64,000 bases of DNA, from assembly GCA_013265495.1 (NCBI GenBank), contig MU058213.1:1860001-1924000 (forward strand), in the 5' to 3' direction. Of this stretch, positions 55,770-64,000 are shown one piece after another. Under the pieces are notes generated by a model. It saw only the letters and a list, made by a program, of their open reading frames with translations, did not search any database and was not told where the DNA came from. How positions within the stretch are numbered: the first letter of the stretch is position 1; each line of letters opens with the position of its first letter. Made by a program: the position numbers and the translations under genes. The DNA comes from Vicugna vicugna. Lineage: Eukaryota.

Positions 55770-56953
55770 CCCTCCCTGCCACCCAGAGCCATTGCTGCAG
55801 CCACTCCTGCAAGCGCGGCTGGAGCCCAGATTTCAGAAACTTGGCCAACTTGATCTTGGGGCTGGTTTCCCTGCAAGGAAGGCAGGACTCCAGATCCACA
55901 CCCAGCTCACCAAAGTCCAGACTGATGGCTATCAGCTACTTAAGAAGAATCTTAAGTCCTCACTGTGGAAATAGGTTTGGGATATCACATGGAGCCTGCA
56001 GGTGGACACCAAGTCAGCACTGTCCTCAGTCCCCTCCGCCAAATAATCAGTATCCAAGAGAGGCAGGACCTCAAATTCTTTACTCTGTGATCCAAGCACT
56101 CATCCAGATTCCAGGGACATATCTGCCTTGGGATAATCACCTGACTGAGCAAGACAAGCTGCAAGGCTCGTGTCTCCTCTGCCTTCAGGTCAGCACGAAA
56201 GGTTGACTGCTCAGCTTCCTCAGCCCCTACCCAGTAACCCCACTGTGATCTTGTCCTTGTCCTCTCAAGTCCCTGGACTCTACAGGAGCTGCACAGAAAG
56301 AGGAAGCTGAGGGGATAAGCCAGTCTCCCTTGAGCCCACAGAGCTGGCCTCAGCTACCCACTCAGTCCTGTCTGTGTGCTGGTCCCTCTCACAACCTGGT
56401 GTGGATTTTAGGTGCAGGGACCCTCCTCACTGGGAGGCAGCCCCAGGCATCACCAAAGACCAGGGAAGATAAAAGATGGACCAGAGAATCACCCAAAGGA
56501 GCAGGATCACACCCATGGGGACTTTTTATGGTTCAGTCTGCTTGGTAGGAAAGGATCAGTGATATTTCTTGCCTTGATTTTCATCAAAACTTCTCTTCCC
56601 TGGTTGTTGGTACAGCAGGGAGCACTTCTAACTTTCCTTGTGGTTAGACTGTACCTCTGAGGTTTGCCTACTTTGAAGAAGTCTATGGAAAACAAATATA
56701 TTTACATATATGTATGACTAAAACCTTATGCTATATACCAGAAACTGACACATTGTAACTGACTACACTTCAATTAAAAAGAAAAAAACAAAAAACAAAC
56801 AAACAAAAAACTTTTTTGCTTTTCTCCATAAGAACTTGATCTTTAGCTAACTCTAGTTGGATTTTTTTGGTAACCTGATAAGGTAAGAATGTCAAGGACA
56901 TCTCAAGGTGACATCACTGATAGTAAAAATGGCCTCTTAATGGTAAACTGTAT
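55770..56953 (-). pseudogene. Degraded intronless NLRC4-like (CARD + NACHT) relic, interrupted by an L1
   Basis: Manual minus-strand translation gives motifs in NLRC4 order: CARD-like YQV..MEKSKKVFHRLL..LLYQQ (56880-56603), SP.....APLGD (~56499), degenerate Walker A (~56395-56355), LWAQG (56341), FLF...RVQG, QSTF.A.LK, QICP (56125), HRVKN (56089), TEDSA (56030), VSTC...FHS (55970), SLDFGEL (55923), LAKF...LQP (55848), VAGR (55782). Several stops and frameshifts are present. Confidence 0.75.
56694..56806 (+). mobile_element. Young 5'-truncated L1 3' end with A/AAAC tail, inserted in the CARD-like region
   Basis: atgtatgactaaaaccttatgctatataccagaaactgacacattgtaactgactacacttcaattaaaaa is the typical cetartiodactyl L1 terminus. 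Possible AAAAC target-site duplication at 56689-56693 and 56807-56811. Confidence 0.85.
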
Positions 56954-57204
56954 CTGGACTAGGGGGAACTATAAACGAACCATAAAAACCCATTATCATA
57001 GCTTTGGGCATCCTTGAGAGTGGACCTGGCAAGCCAATGCCTATGGAATTGTTGCAAGAGATATAAGGCTGTTAAGCAGGATGACTTCCAGAGCTGAGCT
57101 GCAAGGACTTCCAATGAGGAAGGCCTGCTGCCATCCAGTAGGCAAGCTGAGGTTCCTGATCTCTGTCTTTCTGAGAATACAGGTTTCCAAGGGTGGTGCA
57201 TGGT

Positions 57205-57340
57205 CATCTTGTGGGTCTAAATGTTTAGTTAATCCTAAAGAAAAAATGCTGGAGAGCACTGTATCACTGAAGGGTTTTAAATAGGAGAGTTGATTTGAAC
57301 AAATTTGTTCTTATAGGTCACTTTAGCTATTGAAGGCAAC
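57205..57340 (-). mobile_element. L2 continuation on the higher-coordinate side of the NLR relic
   Basis: cactgaagggttttaaataggagagttgatttgaacaaatttgttcttataggtcacttt resembles L2 gagggttttaagcag...gatttgtgttttagaaagatcactct. Confidence 0.5.
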
Positions 57341-59009
57341 TGCCTCTAGGACAGGTTACTCTAATACTATATTGACCTGAGTTAGTTAACTGTCTTGCTA
57401 GAATAAGATGAAGTCTACAAGGGAGAAGAGGGAGGAAAGCACCCTCCTTTTAAGTTTCATCTGGATCTAATGGCTCTAAGCCCAGCAAGCAGGACTGAGA
57501 GGTATGCAAACTTATTTCCATATCCTTTTGTGTATGGTTCATCTGCCACTTACTGGAGAAAACATTAAGCTTGACTAGAAGATAAGAAAGAAAAAAAAAC
57601 AGTGAAAAAAGGAGAAATAATAAATTGGGACACGAGGCAATTTTTAAAAAATGGTCAGCAAATATTAGAAAGGGTTAGGTGTGAATACTGTCTCCTTAAC
57701 TCGCTGTATCTGGGCCTCTCTGAGCTTCAGGTTCTTAGGCAGAATACAAAGGGCTTAGACTCAATGACCTCCAAATGATCTTGACTCAGAGTCCTACTAT
57801 CCTAGTACCACTACATAGGCCAAGTACTATACTAATCTCTAACAACCCTCTCTCTACTCACCCCCCCCAACCAAAGACATTCCAAATCAAGTAAACACCA
57901 AATTCCTGTAACAGAAAGATCAAGGAATGGGAACCAATGGGAGTCAATCCTTAGTCCAGGGTGGAACTGAGTACTCTGTTATTTCTCTTCATCCAGATTT
58001 CAGTCTGTGAACATGGTGATCACATCTATCACTGAAGAACTTCTCTATCTGCTTTAGATTCTTCAAGTAGTGGGTGCTATGGTAGGCTTTCATTGGTCAG
58101 TCTAATCCGAGATCACTCAAGATAGCTGCCCGTGTGTCGAGAGTTCTTACTGAAACATTTGCTCACCATAAACTCTCAGTGATTGCTGATGATTGACAGA
58201 GTTTAGAGATCATTAATAATTTAGTACTCCAGTGCTCTTCAATGATCTTGAAGAAAGTTATTTTTTTAAAAAAAGTGTAATTTAAGCCAAATATCTAAAA
58301 CAAAATGATGTAAAATGAAAATAATAATTTAATTTTAAAAAGCATGTCTTCAAGAGATCTAAGCACTTTCATATCTTAAAGGGACATGCACATATACTGA
58401 CAGATGGTTGTGTGACATTAAGAATTCAGGAGAAAACCTCCATTTTTACAAAATTTTTTGAATTAGGAAATTTCAGTGAAAAGCATTGCGTGTACTTCTA
58501 GGAAATCTCATCATGATCTCACTCTAATAGCCATTTATAAAAGAGCCCTGAACTGAGTCCATGCCAGGGAGCATTATTGGAAAATGGTCTGCTCCAGTGA
58601 CTTCCTGGAATTCCTCTCTGTGCAAGCCAGCAGCTTGCTTGGCACCAGCTGGCACTAAAGTGAGGCACTGGGAAATCTAAGTTGCATTCCGAAGTGGCAT
58701 GGTTTGTGATTTATAACTTGAGTCTTAAAACAAGGCAGCCAGACAACAGCTCACATTATTCAAATCACGAGATCAGCCTTCTTTTTAAAAAGAAAGCATA
58801 CAACTAAAAGTGGTCATTGAAAAAAGTGAAACTGGGATAATTAGGCAAGTATTTGTTGCACTGCTACAGTTTTGTAGTAGATACAGGAGTGAACAGAAGA
58901 AATGATACATCCTCTCTCCTTATGACCTCGTCCAGTGATTTTTAACCTGCATTCCATGAAACTTCAGCGTTTCTCAAGAGGGGATTACATAACTGTCTGA
59001 TTCAAATTA

Positions 59010-59041
<32 letters not shown>

Positions 59042-62000
59042 CATACCATAGCTATTGCTAAAGAACTGTGATTTTTAAAAGGCAAATTTTTGTACTAATT
59101 TTTAATAAACTTGGAAATGATAAACACATAAATATATGCTGCCAAATAACTTCCTGTGCAGATCTAAGATTAATATCTGGCTTATATTTACATTTATAAA
59201 TATATCACTGATTAAAAAGGTTGCAAGTGCATGTTTTACAGTTAGTTGTAGGCAGTTTCACTCATGTAAAATTATACAAACTAGTGCTACTGAAGTGCCA
59301 TTATGCTTACTAGGATAAAATATAATTTTTTCACTACAGTATATCCAAAGCAATATACTAAAGTGAATTGGATCTTGAGGCCAAAAGTTTATGTGACCAT
59401 CATCATCATCACCCATCTGTCTTAATTTCATATCTCATAATTCATAGAAATATTCTTGATCTCAGTGTTTAACTTTGTAATATGTAAATTATTATAAATT
59501 ACACTAATAAGATATAGTTTATCTATTTGATGGATTCAGTTTTACAAAAGATTCAGAAACTTATGAATGTTTTAAAACACCAATTTAGATCATCTCCTAA
59601 ATAACAAAAGGAAACTAGTTGATGGTAAAAATACTTAGAAGTGTATATATTTTACATATAAGATGGAAGTTATTGGTGAAGGTTGGCTTTATTTTTCTAA
59701 TATTTTGCAAATTCTCAATTATGGCTGTGTAGAAGATCCCATTTGAAAGTGAAAGCAACCTAGCTAACTTCATAGTGTAGAAATTATTTTGTAGCAGTTT
59801 TCTGATATTTAAGCAACTGTGTATATGGGGATAGCACACAGCTCCTTCCTCTAGGAATCAGAAACAGAAAATTTTAGAGCTTGTATTCTAAAAAAGCCTA
59901 TGAAGGTTTACTTGACTTCTGCGATTCCTGATTTGATAGAAGGAATTAATAATTTTGGATTACATCTACACATTAAAAGACCAGATTAAAATATTAAAAT
60001 TTAATTATGGCTTGGGAATTTGGGAAATTGAGGATCGGGCAAAGAAAAGATAGGGAAAGTAAGACTATATTCAATACAATGAGGAAGGGAAACCTGCCAA
60101 TTGTAATAAATAAAGTGACTTATGATGCCTTCACTCTCTTCATGTAGTTGTTATAACTGGAGCATCTAAGTGCTTTATACCATTAGTCACTACTATATTG
60201 CAGTTTCATTCTTACATTTTTCAGTACCTTTTATACTTATGATTTATGCCTGCAGAATAACTAGAAACAGCATGTATGCCTTACATACAGATTCCTGAAG
60301 GAGACAGAACTCAGCCAAGTAAACTTATATTTTAAATCCAGTGCTGTAATGGTGTTTGTTATAAGACACGTGGTTTTCCGGTAAAACATACTCTCCTGTA
60401 GCTTCACTTTCCACGTATGGACTTCTTCCAGGGCTGTACTGGTTTCTTAAGCTATATCATGGTGGAATCTTATCCTTTATAATGTTTTGGAGAAAGCTGA
60501 GGGTGGCGCCTGCACAATTTGATTTGGTGTAAAAATACACACCAAATCTGATTTCTGTTACATTAAGGCGTTCTCTGACAAAATATACAGAACAAGAAAT
60601 GAAGTGAATTGTGCTTTAGAAATATCTTGCAAGCTTGTTTCCCCGAATACCTGACCACTAATTTTTAAAAATGGATCAAAACCCATTTTAATTGAATATT
60701 TAATAGATGATTTAATGTTCAAGTTAAGATACATTTTAAACGCTAAATATAAAAATGATTTCTGCTTGCTTACTGGAAATATTTGTAATACAAGTGAATA
60801 TATATAATAAACCAATATTTAAAGCAGATTTACTATGGAAGAAATGAAATGACTGTCCTCGATTTATAAACATGATACATTCATCAAACTATATTTTTGA
60901 CTAACAGTTGGCTTTTATAATATGAATATCATAAAAGTGGATTGCCATTAACAGTAGAAATAATCTAACTCATTTTTTAAATGTGTAATATATTTTCCAT
61001 TAGAAACATAAAAGTGGCAATATCCTCTTAGGGATTTGGCTAGAGGGGAACACATCAGTTTGCATAAATAAATGAGCTTATTGTTTTGTAAATTCTATCC
61101 TGTACATGATGCCCCATGAGTGTGATTTACAGAAAAGAATCTGAGATTAGCAAACTAGGAGCATGCAATTTAGTCTAAGACCATTTTCCAACAAGTCATA
61201 TCAACACAGCAAAGGTACCTACATCTATTGTGCCCTAGTTTTCCTTTCATTGAAATGGGCAAAGGCTCACTTCATTTGATATCTGTAAAGAGAAAAAGAC
61301 ATGCCAAAGCCTTTTGAAAAAGTAAAGTCTTACGTAAGTTCTAGAAAAGGCATGCTAATCATTTGAAAAGAATACACTTTAGTTTCTGAAAACAATATTC
61401 AAACAGATAATTTGGTGGTCCTGAAATGAACATTTCCTCACAGTACATTGTGAAAAGACTTTAGCTAATTATAGAGTTTGAAATAGGAGATCCCTAAGAA
61501 AATTTTAAAAACTCCTTTGCATCCTCAACATTTAATATAGACACATTATGATATCTGAATACTACTGTTACCTAGAAATCCCCCCAACATTGTTGCTACA
61601 AAAAAAAAATAAAGACTGATTAAAGCCTTTCATTCTCTTTCAGTATTGTGAGAACCTCAGACAAATGTTAATGGATACATTACTGATTTACACAGGTGAG
61701 TAGGCAATTTTATACTGTGTTACAGGTATTTTGCCATTACCTTCTGAAACTCTGTTTCATAGTGCAGAGTATGTCATATAAAAAATAAATGATACTGCCC
61801 AATCTCAGCAGTCTGAAAGAAACATAAATCAATGGCATAAGGGAAGCAGGTGATGTAATGACTCCAGACTTAAGTAGATGGCTTGAAGAGATGGATCATG
61901 AAGTTTAACCTTAGAAATTATTCATTGGATATTAATATAAACACATGGAAAAGCACATTTCAAAGTTACCTTGCTTTGCTAAAATTCTATTCATTAAATC

Positions 62001-62924
62001 AAATTTTTTTAAGTGGTAAAGAGAAATAATATATCCTATTCCTGGAAAATGTCTAATAGCAAACACTTAATAAGCCTGATCTTACTTAATGTTTCAGTTA
62101 AGGATGTTGGTAGAAAAGGAGGTCAATAATATCTACATAAATCCATACACAGAAAAAAAAAATGAATGGTGAAACCCAAAATTGTCAATATATGGTAAAT
62201 GATACAAAGGCACCCAAAAGAGATGAGAAATTAGACCAAGTATTGTACAAATACAAGTTGGGAAAAATTTAAGATCTGACTCCAAAAGGGTGGGAGATTG
62301 AGATAATGGACAAATATAAAGGAGGAAAAATAACTTTAAGTCAGCACCAAGAACCACAGCAACTCAGAAGGTGTCACTAACATGACCTGGACTCTGATGA
62401 TCCTGCAGGACATTTAGTGTTGTTTGGTCTAAAAGCAAGGAGGCAGAATTTCTCTCCTCTATGTGATATGAACATACTTCCCTTCCCCATGTGGGACATA
62501 AAGCTCTAATGCTCTGTCTAATAATCTAATTTCATGATAAGGTGATTTAAAAATTAAGAAAAAGAAATACTGCTTTACAAATAAATACTAAACAGAGAGA
62601 TACTCTGACAACATTTGGACATAAGAGTTTCTTTGCAACTCTTGCTTTATTCACTCTCTACTTTGCACTGGGAATGCCTCATTTCTCCTCTTAAAATAGC
62701 TTTTAATAGCTCCCTTTGTCTTTCAAGAAAAAGCCCCACCTCAGAACCTTTATTCCAGGTGTCTTACCTTCTAGATCCAATCTGGAGCATCCTCATTTCC
62801 TATACCCTGCCTCACCAAATTTATCCCTATTTCCTGGCCAGGCCACACTGCATACCTCTGTGTCTGTCCACACCTTATCCCTTTTGCCTGAAATACCCTT
62901 CCTGCCACAAGCTCTTTCCCAGTG

Positions 62925-63211
62925 GTGTCAGTTGGGTCTTCCCAGAAGCAGATGTTAAGATGGAGCTAGAAATGCAAAAAGTTTTCTGGGGGGTAACACC
63001 CATGAAAGAAAAACGGCAAAAACAGAATTGGGTAATGAGCTCTCTATTCACTAGGCAGATCTGACAGTCTCTGTCAGTCCATTGGAAACTCCAGAACAGA
63101 ATCAACCATTTAGAATATGAAAATGAATACATCTGTGTTCACGTACGACTGAAGCATTGTGCTGAACACCAGAAACGGACACAATGTTGTAAACGGACTC
63201 TACTTCAGTAA

Positions 63212-63250
<39 letters not shown>

Positions 63251-63468
63251 CAGCCGTTAGAGGAGGTCTGTATGAACGAGAAATAGCTAGGCTTTTGAAC
63301 CACTGCCTTGCTCAGTCATTGTCCCAAGAAGAGTATGACCTTTGCTCCAATTCAGGGATGAATCCTGGAGGTACCTAGAGCTGTCAGCTGGCCATATTCC
63401 TCACATCTGGGCAAGTCGTCCTCTCTTGTAGAGCAATCTAAGCAGTGCATCCCTCCGTGTCTACCACA
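62925..63468 (-). mobile_element. LTR16-family (ERVL) solo LTR, interrupted by an L1
   Basis: gttgggtcttcccagaagcagatg...aaatgcaaaaagttttctgggggg at one end, gccttgctcagtcattg internally, and gtgtctaccaca at the other end. Confidence 0.65.
63115..63245 (+). mobile_element. Short L1 3' end with a (CA)n tail
   Basis: atgaaaatgaatac...gactgaagcattgtgctgaacaccagaaacggacacaatgttgtaaacggactctacttcagtaaa. Diverged TSD aatcaaccatttaga / aatcagccgttaga. Confidence 0.75.
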
Positions 63469-64000
63469 CCATTATTCTCCAGAGCACACATGAATGTTTA
63501 CCCCTGTGTGAAGCCTCTAAAAATCATCCCTAGGCAATTGATGGCTCTCCATGCTTCCACAGCAATGTGAACTTTAGCGTCTCATACTACATTGTAGCCT
63601 CATTATGTTTACAGGACTCTACCTTTTAGAAAGTAGAAACCACATAATACTCTTCTCAGATCCCTGGTAGATAACTTGGGAAACAGAGCACCTAACACAT
63701 AACATATAAAAAAAAAAAAGTAGAGTGAATAGATGGGTGGATGAATGGACCTATCAGCTGGATGATCGATCAGACTGGTTATTCCCTATTTTGGTACAGA
63801 TGCCAAGGAGCATATTTTGTATATGTCAAGGGGGCGTTATAAACTTCTCAAAAGATAATTTTAATATACTTTAAGTACTAATGGGCTATTGGACTTTAAG
63901 ATGTATCAAAAATTAGTATGTTCTAAGTCTAAGTTTTAGAATTATATTCCTAATCACTTAAATGAACCTATCTGTGTATTGCTTTCCATCCATTATTCTC

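Noticed and set aside
55733..56206. 157-aa plus-strand ORF, plus 55738-55974, 56330-56548 and 56412-56660
   Set aside because: No recognisable protein. They are antisense shadows of the GC-richer NLR relic on the minus strand.
55840..56220. Initial resemblance of the relic to a FERM domain or kinase (GDY, GVDL, DFG, KIKLA)
   Set aside because: Only isolated words with poor spacing. The NLRC4 comparison explains far more motifs in order.
56530..56670. Alternative alignment of RQTSE...LYQQP...TEP to NLRC4 HQTSE...LYHTP...TEP
   Set aside because: It conflicts with the gapless CARD register and the PLGD spacing, so it is treated as chance. It shows that by-eye alignment has ambiguity here.
60516..60553. 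10-bp stem hairpin gatttggtgt/acaccaaatc
   Set aside because: Too short for a pre-miRNA and plausible by chance in 64 kb.
62615..63064. 149-aa ORF
   Set aside because: It spans L2 and LTR fragments and has no coding signature.

Overview
This is AT-rich mammalian genomic DNA, probably a cetartiodactyl and most likely a camelid, judging from the L1 3'-end sequences and the lack of Alu, BovB, PRE or CAN SINEs. It contains the 3' end of WDR72 on the minus strand: the penultimate coding exon (9025-9129), the last coding exon (3461-3516, ending ...KVCSCKLC*) and the 3' UTR (below 3461). Everything above 9129 appears to be one large WDR72 intron filled with old L1, L2, MIR, MER and LTR fragments plus a few young L1 3' ends. 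The most notable item is at about 55770-56953 on the minus strand. It is a degraded, intronless CARD-NACHT reading frame whose motifs follow NLRC4 in order. It is split by a later L1 insertion and appears to sit inside an older L2. It looks like a relic NLRC4-like retrocopy and is largely invisible in the ORF track. All protein and repeat identifications are by eye from recalled sequences; no searches were run, and repeat boundaries are approximate.
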